A stretch of DNA of 64,000 nucleotides. Source: Octopus sinensis (Eukaryota). The stretch is from the NCBI RefSeq assembly GCF_006345805.1, contig NC_043015.1:30256001-30320000 (forward strand), read 5' to 3'. Within the stretch, counting starts at the first letter, position 1. Each line of letters opens with the position of its first letter. The notes below the pieces were generated by a model. The model had not been told where the DNA came from and ran no database searches. It saw only the letters and a program-made list of their open reading frames with translations. Positions 39,190 to 50,449 of this stretch are shown in pieces. The position numbers and the translations under genes are program-made.

Positions 39190-40148
39190 CTATTCTACAA
39201 CTGTGTCACCACAAGTCACTCTTCAAAATCAACTTCACTTCATGGTCTCCTTTGCCTTTCGTTCTTTTGGGGGCAATAAAAAAGTATCAGTGTGGTATTG
39301 GCAAAACTGTAAGAGCATTGAACTAGACACTTTGTGGCATCTGTCTCAGCTCTTTACATTCTGAGCTCAACAGGAAGGGTATCTAGCCATAGAAAAATTC
39401 ACCTCAGCAAATTCCATCCAGCTTGTGCAAGCATGAAAAGGTGGACATTAAAATGATGATGATGATGATCTTCATGGAAATTAGTTCATCAGTGACGGAT
39501 CAATACTACAATAGGTTACATGATTGGGCTAATCAAATAAAATGGTTTTTCCTGTTACACTGTCGACTCTGAATAAAAAAAAAGAAGAAGAAACAAAAAT
39601 ATTAAAAAAACCCATCTAAGTAACAGTAGCATGGTGAATGAAAAAGAAATTGAATAAAAGCAGTTTATGTAGAAATGAAGAGAGACTTGTCTTTATTTTA
39701 TTGATAACTTAAGGGCAGTAGATTAGCAAAATGGTTAGAGTGTCAGAAAAAAATGCCTTGCAGTATTTCTTCTCGACCCTCTACATTCTGAGTTCAAATC
39801 CTGCTGGGATTAAATTTGTCTTTGAACCTTCAGGAGTTAATAAAATAAACTACCCATCATATATTGGGGTCAATGTTATCAGCTGTTACTCTCCCTTAGA
39901 AATTTCTGGCTTTGTGCCTAAATTAGAAATGAATAATTTTATAACTTTGTCAGACAGGAGTGGAGACACGTGTGCCTTTGTGACTTACAGGACAAAGAGA
40001 GGGAAGCATATCTAAATTGAAATGCTAGAAGCAGAGTGGAGGGACTATTGGTTATAAACAGAGTGATGTAATAAGTCTGGTACCAATAACAAGATCATAG
40101 TAAGGTTGAAACCCAAACTACATAGTTGCTGGTATTTTTATCATCTCA

Positions 40149-40180
<32 letters not shown>

Positions 40181-40359
40181 TATAAAATAATAATATTAGG
40201 GAATAAATCCAATTTACAGGGAAAAATCAGATTTAGGATTAAATCCAATTTTATAGTAAAATATTATAAAATATTATTAGAGACAAAACCACTATTTTGC
40301 AAAACAAACAAGGAAAGACTTAATCAATACATAAAATTTAATAAATAGTCAAAAAACCG

Positions 40360-40403
40360 CCACTACAATTAGTTTCTTGTCTTGATCGACAATCTTCAGG
40401 TGG
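40360..40403 (-). ncRNA. Minimal type I hammerhead motif
   Basis: Minus strand: CCAC-CTGAAGA-TTGTC-GATCAA-GACAA-GAAAC-TAATT-GTA-GTGG. Confidence 0.8.
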
Positions 40404-40444
40404 ACTTCCAATAAGTCAGTTTCTGAAACTGACTTATTGGAAGT

Positions 40445-40488
40445 CCACCTGAAGATTGTCGATCAAGACAAGAAACTAATTGTAGTGG
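40445..40488 (+). ncRNA. Minimal type I hammerhead motif
   Basis: Stem I CCAC/GTGG, CTGAAGA 40449-40455, stem II TTGTC/GACAA, GAAAC 40472-40476, GTA 40482-40484. Confidence 0.8.
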
Positions 40489-40573
40489 CGGTTTTTTTGA
40501 CTATTTATTAAAATTTTATGTATTGATTAAGTCTTTCCTTGTTTGTTTTGCAAAATAGTGGTTTTGTCTCTAA

Positions 40574-40605
<32 letters not shown>

Positions 40606-40606
40606 C

Positions 40607-40694
<88 letters not shown>

Positions 40695-40865
40695 ATAATA
40701 TTAGGGAATAAATCCAAATTTACAGGGAAAAATCAGATTTAGGATTAAATCCAATTTTATAGTAAAATATTATAAAATATTATTAGAGACAAAACCACTA
40801 TTTTGCAAAACAAACAAGGAAAGACTTAATCAATACATAAAATTTAATAAATAGTCAAAAAACCG

Positions 40866-40908
40866 CCACTACAATCGTTTCTTGTCTTGATCGACAATCT
40901 TCAGGTGG
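40866..40908 (-). ncRNA. Minimal type I hammerhead motif
   Basis: Minus strand: CCAC-CTGAAGA-TTGTC-GATCAA-GACAA-GAAAC-GATT-GTA-GTGG. Confidence 0.8.
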
Positions 40909-40946
40909 ACTTCCAATAATTCAGTTGTAACTGAATTATTGGAAGT

Positions 40947-40989
40947 CCACCTGAAGATTGTCGATCAAGACAAGAAACGATTGTAGTGG
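40947..40989 (+). ncRNA. Minimal type I hammerhead motif
   Basis: CCAC-CTGAAGA(40951-40957)-TTGTC-GATCAA-GACAA-GAAAC-GATT-GTA-GTGG. Confidence 0.8.
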
Positions 40990-41076
40990 CGGTTTTTTTG
41001 ACTATTTATTAAAATTTTATGTATTGATTAAGTCTTTCCTTGTTTGTTTTGCAAAATAGTGGTTTTGTCTCTAATA

Positions 41077-41115
<39 letters not shown>

Positions 41116-41149
41116 TATATATACATTATATATATATATATACATATAT

Positions 41150-42163
41150 TGTTCCTTGGTTTGTGTCTATGTGTTTCGTCTCTCTATGTGTTCGACGTCT
41201 TTTTGGTGTCCTGTACACATATATGCGTGTATATGTACATGTAGAGGTAGGTACGTACATATATGTTTATATATATGCATATGTTCTATTTTATTAACAT
41301 ATTATACAACTAAACGCACGCACCCTATTAAGTAAGATTGTTCTGTTTATCAAGTTAGCCTTGATATTAACTCTCACGCGACTCTGCATCTTTCTTTCTC
41401 TCTCCCATTCCCTTTTTCGTCTTTTTTTCCCTCACTTAACTTGTCTCTTCCTCTCTCTCTCATTCTTCATTCTCTCTCTCCCTTTCACCATTCTTCATGG
41501 TCTCCTCGCACCATTCCCCTTCTTCTCTCTCTTCCTCTTGCTCCTCCTCCCCCATTCCCGTCGTCCATCTGCGACGATACTTCCGTCGTAACTGCTATCC
41601 TGTCTTTTCTCGCCCGCCTCCTAAGGCTACTGGTCGACACATTTTCTCTCTCTCGTCGTCCACGATAATCCAGCGTTTGCAATACTTTTTTCGTCTGGCG
41701 TTAACAGCCCTTCTTATCTTGTTCTCCTTGTCCTGTCTCTCACTGTTATATTTTTATTTTTCCACTGTTTATATATATATTTTTTACTGTTTATATGTTT
41801 GTACTGTCGTTACCGTCTTGCTTTTTTTTTTTACCCCTCTGCGAAAAGATCTCAGAATTTTAATTGATTTGCTTTTCGCGGGAAGGAAGCTTTCTTCGAA
41901 GTATACGTCTCGCTTTTATCCTTCGAAACGTTTAGTAGATGAAACCTTAGCGACTGAAGAAGGGGATTTTTCGTTGTGCTTACTGTCCTGTATCTCTCTT
42001 TTTTTGCTTGTCTTGTTCCTTGGTTTGTGTCTATGTGTTTCGTCTCTCTATGTGTTCGACGTCTTTTTGGTGTCCTGTACACATATATGCGTGTATATGT
42101 ACATGTAGAGGTAGGTACGTACATATATGTTTATATATATGCATATGTTCTATTTTATTAACA
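41150..42163. mobile_element. 1014-bp non-coding element with identical 150-bp direct terminal repeats (LTR/TRIM-like)
   Basis: 41150-41299 is identical to 42014-42163; each starts TGTT and ends AACA; TATAT on both flanks; CpG-retaining interior; no PBS or PPT recognised. Confidence 0.55.
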
Positions 42164-42201
42164 TATATATATATATATATATATATATTATACATATACA
42201 T

Positions 42202-42235
<34 letters not shown>

Positions 42236-42242
42236 ATATATA

Positions 42243-42291
<49 letters not shown>

Positions 42292-42442
42292 GCATATACA
42301 TATATATATATATATGTATATATGCATATATATGTATATATGCATATACATATATATATATATATGTATATATGCATATACATATATATATATGTATATA
42401 TGCATATACATATATATTATGTATATATGCATATACATATAT

Positions 42443-42473
<31 letters not shown>

Positions 42474-42500
42474 GTATATATATTATATATACATATACAT

Positions 42501-42592
<92 letters not shown>

Positions 42593-42725
42593 GCATATAC
42601 ATATAATATATATATATGTATATATGCATATATATGTATATATGCATATACATATATATATATATATGTATATATGCATATACATATATATATATGTATA
42701 TATGCATATACATATATATAATATA

Positions 42726-42769
<44 letters not shown>

Positions 42770-42832
42770 ATATATATGTATATATATGTATATATACATA
42801 TATATACATATATATATACATATACATATATG
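42164..42832. repeat. Long (TA)n-based microsatellite with atgtatatatgcatatac units
   Basis: Source of the 392-aa YI-repeat ORF. Confidence 0.95.
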
Positions 42833-42834
42833 TG

Positions 42835-43034
42835 ACCTCTTGTGTACCGTTGGCGATTTTTTGTCCGCTGCCTTCCCTTCTCTGGATCTTTCCTTCTCCT
42901 ATGTTTCCAACGAAGAGCTCCGCTCGAAACGTTAAACCCTCCTTCTTCCCTTCTTTCCTGAGCGTCCAATAACACTATACTTGTTCCACGTCCTCGCGTT
43001 GTTGTGTTTTCTCTTTGTGTTTTCATGTTTAGAT

Positions 43035-43040
<6 letters not shown>
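42835..43040 (+). mobile_element. Short Penelope-like repeat with a degenerate hammerhead-like motif (42903-42937)
   Basis: GTTT-CCAACGA-A-GAGC-TCC-GCTC-GAAAC-GTT-AAAC; (TA)n on both sides; homologous to 31158-31290. Confidence 0.6.
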
Positions 43041-43078
<38 letters not shown>

Positions 43079-43530
43079 GAGAGAGAGATCATTATTATTG
43101 TCATCGATTTAATGTCCTTTTTTTTTACATGCATGTCTGAATCAAATAAGTGGTTTTTCGGGTTTTTTGGGTTTTTTTTTGTATGGCCATATATCCTTCC
43201 TGTTACCAAACCTCACTTGTTTCCAAGTCAGGTAATAATCTCTTTGTGTATCGAACAACAAATAGTCCAGATCTGTGTACAAACGATAGCATATGGATGA
43301 GTCTTTACTTTATAAAGATCATGTCAAGACATGTCAAGAAGCTTAGATACGCTTTCTCGGTGGACTGTAAGGAAACGAAGTTAGTGAAGCTATTGTTTGT
43401 ATGTACATCAGTGAGAGAACACTTATGGGGACAAAGAAACTACAAATTCACTCATGCAAACAGACACACAGACTCATGCATACATATATGCATATACATG
43501 TATGTATATGACAAGCTCCTTTCAGTTTTT

Positions 43531-43679
43531 TTTTTTTTTTATTACCCACAAGGGGCTGAACATAGAGGGGACAAACAAGGACAGACAAATGGATTAAGTC
43601 GATTACATCGACGCCAGTACGTAACTGGTACTTAATTTATCGACCCCGAAAGGATGAAAGGCAAAGTCGACCTCAGCGG
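43531..43679 (-). mobile_element. SINE family A, 5'-truncated, nested in a B-like copy
   Basis: 18-bp TSD aagctcctttcagttttt at 43513-43530 and 43680-43697. Confidence 0.85.
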
Positions 43680-44280
43680 AAGCTCCTTTCAGTTTTTGTC
43701 TACCAGATCCACTCATAAGGCTTTGGTGATTTTTAGGCTATAGTAAAAGACATTTGTTAAAGGTGCCACTCGGTGGAAATGAACCAAAACCTGTGGATAG
43801 GAAAACAAAATTCTTAACTACATGATCACACTGATGTTTACTTTTATGTCAAGTTATATATAAAAATCAATTGAACAAACTGAAGGATTACTCAATACTT
43901 TTTAGTATTGATTTTTATTAGGGAAAGGTTGGTATTGGCTTTGAAGTCTCAGCTTGATTGCTCTCGTCAAATTGATGATGGTGAGATGATGTCACTCAAT
44001 CTTTTCCATGTAAAAATTATGATACATATATATATATATATTTTATAATATATATCCGGCAAATAAAATGAGTCTACAGCTGTAACCTACACCAGTGTCA
44101 CAAAACCAGCCCACTCAAAAGTAGCTTGGATCGTAGGGCGACATGCCATGCTTAAGGAGACCTATTGAGTCAAGCACAACAACATCAACAGTAATATCAA
44201 AGCCAATTCAAATGGAAATTGTAGTTGTGGTTGGGGAACAAGCTGCTTACTACACATAGTGAACGAGTCATGAATACATA

Positions 44281-45143
44281 CACAGGATGCGATGAATAAA
44301 CTGTCGGCTAAATTACGCAAAAATGAAAATAACACTGACATCTCATTTTAACAGATATATTTACCAAAATTACATAAAGATATCTTGAAATACTAATGAG
44401 TAAATTTATTCAATAAAATCGCCATTGGCTTCAACCACAACTTCCAGATGACTTCGGAATCTCCTCCATCTCTTTGGGTTGGTCTCCTTGTTTAAGTTGG
44501 TGAATGCTGCCATAATCCTTGCCTTCAGTTCATCTTTGGAGTTTTGTTGGTTTCTCACTCAACTGTGCCTCACACATAATAATCAAGGGGGTTTCAGTCT
44601 GGGGAGTTGAGTGGCCAGATGTTAGGGGTGATGTGGTCACAGAAATTGTCTGACAGCCATGACTGGGTTCTCCTGCTTGTGTGGAATGGTGCAGAGTCCT
44701 GTTACCAGACATAGGGTCTTCCAGCAGCCATTCTCTTGACCCAGGGCAACACTACCTCCTCCAAGCACTTGAGGTAGGCCTCTGTGTTGAGATTGAGGCC
44801 GTGTAGGAAGATGGAAGCATAAAATCGCCATCACTAGAGATCACTCCAAACACCATTATATTATGTTGAATGGGTGTCTGATTTTTATCACTCTTGGTAT
44901 ATGTCCTCAGATTGATACCCGAACACTCTGAAATGTTTGTATTGGAGCTTCTGGCATGAATGCCAAGCAGTACAGCATGTCCTTTCCAAATTTCTAGCAG
45001 AGTGAATTGCGTCATGGTGTTGTTTTTCTCACAGACAGTGCCCAATTGACCCTTCTATTCTGTGTAGTTGACAAACTCAAAAACAGACACATGCTCGAAA
45101 TGAAAAATATAAAACGGCAACACTTTACCCATTGCACTCTGTA
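44281..45143 (-). mobile_element. DD37D (maT-type) Tc1/mariner transposon, internally deleted and decayed
   Basis: Minus strand W*QDSAPFHTSRRTQSWLSDNFCDHITPNIWPLNSPD*NPLDYYV* gives 37 residues between the two Asp; degenerate TIRs cacaggatgcgatgaataaactgtcggc / revcomp tacagagtgcaatgggtaaagtgttgcc. Confidence 0.85.
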
Positions 45144-46221
45144 TATATGTGTGTGTGTGTATGTGTGTTTATATACTCATATGTTCATGTCATCACCATA
45201 ATCATCATCATCAAATATCTAATGTCCATTTCCTTTTTTCCCTGCATGCATGAGTCAGACAAAATGATACAAATGCACACACAAGACACATATATTTAAG
45301 TGAATATGTGTGTGCATGTATGTGTACACATACATATACAAAGGGCTTCTTTCAGCTTCTGTTTGCCATATCCACTTGCAGCGTTTTAGTTGGTCAGCAC
45401 TATAGGAGAAGACACTTGTCAAAGGTGGGACTAGACTGTGGTTGTGATATGAGATTTGTAGCCATACAGCAGTGTGTGTGTGTGTGTGTGCAAACATACA
45501 CATACAGACAATCATAATAACTAACATAATTAAAATAACTTTGTAGTTAGTTATATATATGACAGAATTAATCTGTTATGAACATTTAGAAGCCTGATGC
45601 AAATTTTGTATCTTCATCATTGAAAAAAAAAATCAATTATAATTATTTATTTCTCTTAAAATTTAATAATTATTTCAATGTTATTCTATGGGGATATATA
45701 ATGGTGACTGCTTATTCAAGTAAACTTTTGTTCTTTGTGGGCCATGATAACTAGTGCCATTCAGGGTATATCTGAAATTAAGCTGCAAAATATATTTTTA
45801 GAATTTCAGAACTGCATCACAATTTGTAAATTTAATGAGGGTGGACATGTAAATTAATAACCCCGTGAATAGATATATTTAAAAATGTAATAAATTCTCT
45901 CTTATCCATTTTAATGATTAATTCTGCCATATATAGTGATATAAATGCAAATGTATGTAGGTATGCAAGCATGCAAGTGCATATACAGGTACACACTCTC
46001 TCTCACACATATCTATATATCTAATGTAGGATATTATATGCTTGTATACATACTCATATATATATATATACATGTGCGTGTGTGTGTGCATATATATATG
46101 TACACACCCTCTCACACAATATGTATACTGTATATATATATATATGTATACTGTATATATATATATATGTATACTGTATACACACGCACACACACACACA
46201 CACATTTTCACAACAATGTTA

Positions 46222-46470
46222 TTTCCAGAAAGAATCAGAAGTGGCTGTCTGAGAATTTCTACACTTTCACCACCCCTATTTGCTGTAATTCTATAGATTA
46301 CTAAGTTTGAGGTGTGGTTGCAAAAGACACCACCCACTCTGTCTGCAACACCAGGGCCAAACTGGTGGCCAGTATCAAGGAGGTGTTTAAAGATTTTCCC
46401 AGGGATACATGTGCCAGGTTCTGGAGTTGTTTTGAGGCCATGGTGAATGTTGAGGGTGGCTAATTTGAGT
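46222..46470 (+). mobile_element. Second maT-like transposase C-terminal remnant
   Basis: SRKNQKWLSENFYTFTTP...NTRAKLVASIKEVFKDFPRDT..CARFWSCFEAMVNVEGG; homologous in style to 44.4-44.7 kb. Confidence 0.65.
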
Positions 46471-46594
46471 AAACTGTTATCTCCCAGCTATAATCTAATT
46501 TTTTGATGTTTTAAAATACTTTTATTTTTGGATGGAATATTGTGCTTCTTTTTATGCAAACTCAAATTTAGTCCAAACACCCTATATATATATA

Positions 46595-46958
46595 CTAGCA
46601 CTATGACCCGACAACGCCAGTTCATAGTGCTAGTGCATGCATATACAGCTGCGTGCATGCGCACATACACGTGAGTACTGTCCAAATCTCTGACCAATCA
46701 CATGCAGCTAGCTGGCATTCAATTGGCGTATCAAGTTTTGTGCATTTTGATTGGGTTTTGGATAGAAAATTCACAAAAAAGTCACTTCTATTGATTTTTT
46801 AATGGCTCTACGGGGTGACTGGGGAAATGTAAAGGTGTGTACGACCACCCTTGGACGGTTTTCAATGACCATAGAAAGTGTGAGCCCTCTAACTGAAAAA
46901 CTGTGGATTTGTATAAAGGACACTCATGCAGACATTTTGCTGTTTATATATATAGAGA
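46595..46958 (-). mobile_element. Non-autonomous Helitron-like element
   Basis: Minus-strand 5' end A|TCTCTATATATAAACAGCAAAATGTCTG; 3' end ...TCATAGTGCTAG|T with a terminal hairpin; AT insertion context. Confidence 0.5.
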
Positions 46959-47787
46959 TATATGTGTGTGTGTTTGTGTTTGTATGTATGTACCCATGTG
47001 CACAAATACAAATGTTAAACAGCAGCCTTTTCATTATACCTATGACATGGTTGTTCAGTTGCTTTAGTCCATTGGTGTCTGTGGAAACCAACTGTGACTA
47101 ATGTTTCACTCGCTGACCTGACTGGCCTCTTACTTTCAATTGTAGTTGTTGTAGATCTACCCCCAACTGAACACGTGTCTATGATCAAAGTCTTCTGTCT
47201 TCTTTTCTTTATAATTCCATTCACAAAGCAAGATCCCCTGGCTTTCATCCCTCTTGTATCAATAAAATACAAATAAAATAAAGCACCAGTCAACTACTAG
47301 AGCTGATATAATTGACAAACTCCCACCTCTCAAGACTGTTGGTCATGTGCCTAAGTTAGAAAGAATTATTATTAATTATCTTGTTTAACGCAGCAACTTC
47401 ACTGGAGAATGTAACAAAGTGTCAGCTGTCTGCAACTAGTGGACCAAGTTTCACTTTTCATTCAGATTCTGTAAACTCTGTAGAGGATTTGTGCAGTTTC
47501 AAACAACAGTTTTCTGTAGACCCTCTATCTTCACATGTACACCTATCTTTCCAATCTTGTTTGTAAGCTTGATACTTTAACAACAGGTACAACACTCACT
47601 CTCTTCAATAGCCACAGTCTTTTTATTTCCCCCACTTCAAATCTCATCTGACTTGCGTCTCTTCTTTTTCTTTTCTTTTTTTTTTTATGCTGTTCTTCAT
47701 TCATCACTAGGGCTTGCAATATCTATGATTAAACACGTTTTTTTCCTTCTCTATTCACAACTTTTAATTTCCTTCTTTATTCACATA

Positions 47788-48310
47788 AGCGCAGGAGTGG
47801 CTGTGTGGTAAGAAGCTTGTTTACCAACCACATGGTTCTGAGTTCAGTCCCCTTGGGCAAGTGTCTTCTACTATAGCTTGGGCTGACCAAAGCCTTGTGA
47901 GTAGATTTGGTAGACAGAAACTGAAAGAAGCCTGTCATATATCCTTCTTTCTTTTTTCTTTTATTTTGTTTCAGTCATTTGACTGTGGCCATGCTGGAGC
48001 ACCGCCTTTAGTTGAACAAATCGCCCCCAGGACTTATTCTTTGTAAGCCTAGTACTTATTCTATCGGTCCTTCTTGCAGAACCGCTATGTGACGGGGATG
48101 TAAACACACCAGCATCGGTTGCCAAGCGATATTGGGGGGACAAACACAGACACACACACACATACACTCACATATATATATGATGGGCTTCTTTCAGTTT
48201 CCGTCTACCAAATCCACTTACAAGGCCTTGGTCGGCCTGAGGCTATAGAAGACACTTGCCCATGGTGCCACGCAGTGGGACTGAACCCAGAACCATGTGG
48301 TTGGTAAGCA
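47788..48310. mobile_element. Two SINE family B copies in opposite orientation (partial + at 47788-47940; - at about 47960-48310)
   Basis: B head on + followed by the reverse-complement B tail through head. Confidence 0.8.
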
Positions 48311-49001
48311 ATATATCTAAGCGTATGTGTCTTTACGTCTGTATTTGTCCCCCATCACCACTTGACAATCAGTGTTGATGTGTTTACGTCCCTGTAACTT
48401 AGTGGTTCAGCAAAAAGAGACCAATAGCATAAGTACGAGGCTTAACAAAAATAAGTACTGGGTCGATTCATTTGACTAAAAAATTCTTCAAGGTGGTTCC
48501 CCAGTCAAATGAATGTAACAAGTAGAAGAGCTTGACTTTGCCTTTCATCTTTTAGAATTGATAAAATAAATACCGGTTGAGTACTGAGGGTTAATGTAAT
48601 TGACCAGGCTCCTAACCCCAAAATTTCAGGCCTTGTGCTTATAGTAGAAAGGATCAACAGCAGCAGCAGCAGCAGTAGCAGCAATAGTCATAGTAATTAC
48701 AGTTGTAATACTATATTGCTGAAGACTAAGTCATATTTAGTTCTAGCAATTTGTAAATTCTTTCCTTATCTTCCATCAAACTCAGATGAAAAACAAGTTT
48801 TTCCTTGTACCATAATGCAATAAAATTTTGTGAGTAAAAGGTGTCAGCAACTTGAACCATCCATAATTACTTTGTATCTGTTAAGCCAATAGGTGGTTGC
48901 TCAACCTGCTTGAAATAGCAGTCAAATTTCCATTAAATCACACCCTACTATCATAAAAAAAAAGAATGCATTAGATATCCCTAAAATGATGGGCTAGTTA
49001 G

Positions 49002-49257
49002 TTAATTTTTTGGCTCAAAAAGCAAAAAGCAAGGCCATGTAGGGGGACATGGAGTTATGTACAGGGTGGTGTTCATGTAAAGAGTTCAGGCCACTTGTGG
49101 ACAAGGAAGACTTTGAACCGAGCGGTCGTCGGCATCTTCACTATCTCGTCCGGCAGCTTATTCCACGGAGAAAGCCCCTCTCCTTCGATTGAGATGAAAT
49201 CGTCGCAGATAGAGCTTTTCGGAGTGACCCCGCAGCCGACGCTCTGGAGCAGGAGTA
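49002..49257 (-). mobile_element. CR1-clade LINE 3' fragment, 5'-truncated
   Basis: Reverse-complement homolog of about 15914-16190; flanked by gggctagttag at 48991-49001 and 49264-49274. Confidence 0.9.
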
Positions 49258-50230
49258 GGAGTGGGGCTAGTTAGAGCTTACACACTTTTGATAAAATGTC
49301 TGCTTACTCAGGGTTAACCTGGAGCTAAACAATAACAAATCTATATCTGAATATTTGAGGATTTAAACAAAAGAAAAATGAAAATTTTAAAACTGATAAA
49401 AAAAAGTTAAATTTTATTGGTTTATCTCACCCAGTTACTGTTAAAACCACTTATTTTATATTGATAAAAGGTATTATCCCTTGATAAGTGAGTTTATCTA
49501 CTATAGATAGTACCAATAGTATTGGTTATGAAAGAAAATTCGGATGACTTCTTTAGTTTAAACTCACGATAATAGAGTCTATGGTTCTATTTCTATATAA
49601 TCTTATTTTCTATTCTGAATAACATTTCATATATATTCAAAATAATATTGATTAGTTAGTTGAAGTATTGATTATTATAATTAATAAATTTTCTAAATAA
49701 ATGTGGATATTTTGATCAAAGCAAGAATAGTAAAACTTTCCTTTGACCAGAGATTTCTGAAAAAAAAAAATCAATAATTTTTCTTTTCTTGTTATTCAAT
49801 TCCTTAAATTGGTGACAGCTTCAAGAAGAGGTTTGTTTTGTAAAAGCTTCCTTTTGCAAAACTCTCTTTTGTAAAGGCCTGTTTCATTTCTTTTCAAACT
49901 TTGAAGAATATTTACTGAAATTATGCAAGCATGGCTGTGTGGCCAAGAAGCTCGCTTTTGTAACCACATGGTTTTGTGTTCAGTTCCACTGCATGACAAT
50001 TTTGGTAAGAGTCAGACTCAAAATACAATAGTTGCATTTTTTGAGTCTGATTGGTTGCCTGAAAATAGATGTCATACTATACAAGCTTGTCCAACTATTA
50101 TGTTTTCAGAGGCATGAAACTAGCATTTAAATTATTACATAAGGAAGTTGTTGTGAGATTAAATGCCTTGTATTTCTTTGTTAGAATACTTTATTTTTGG
50201 CGGAACTTGGGTTTAGTCACCCCATTAACC

Positions 50231-50449
50231 CCTCATAACTTTTTTATTTTTTGGAATTTTCAGAAAAATTTTACGAGTTTGTGTTCTGCACACAGGAATT
50301 CATAACAATATCAGGTGGTCATGAAACGTGCAAAAAACAACAGATAAATCATCTTTAAATCACACACAAATAAAAAGTCTTTTTTTTCCATAATTGTATG
50401 AATTCCCATGTGTAGAATACAAATTTGCAAAAAATAAAAAGTTATGAGG
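50231..50449. mobile_element. Small inverted-repeat (MITE/foldback-like) element
   Basis: cctcataactttttt...gtgttctgcacacaggaattcataacaat (50231-50309) versus its diverged reverse complement (50393-50449). Confidence 0.6.

Larger units (their letters stand above)
40270..40580. repeat. Near-perfect palindrome 1 (arms 40270-40423 / 40425-40580, 1-nt loop)
   Basis: The arms differ only by two homopolymer-length indels; centre gtcagtttc-T-gaaactgac. Confidence 0.95.
40771..41086. repeat. Near-perfect palindrome 2 (arms 40771-40926 / 40929-41086, 2-nt loop)
   Basis: Second unit of the same element; centre attcagtt-GT-aactgaat. Confidence 0.95.

Noticed and set aside
41880-41970. TCCTTC-GAAAC-GTT followed by CTGAAGA inside the LTR-like element
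   Set aside because: The core halves are in the wrong order for a type I hammerhead, and no stem I forms for a type II topology.
42031-43209. 392-aa ORF and the many other YI/HT/CV/LS-repeat ORFs in the track
   Set aside because: They are translations of (TA)n, (CA)n and (GA)n microsatellites, which lack stops in some frames; no coding signal.
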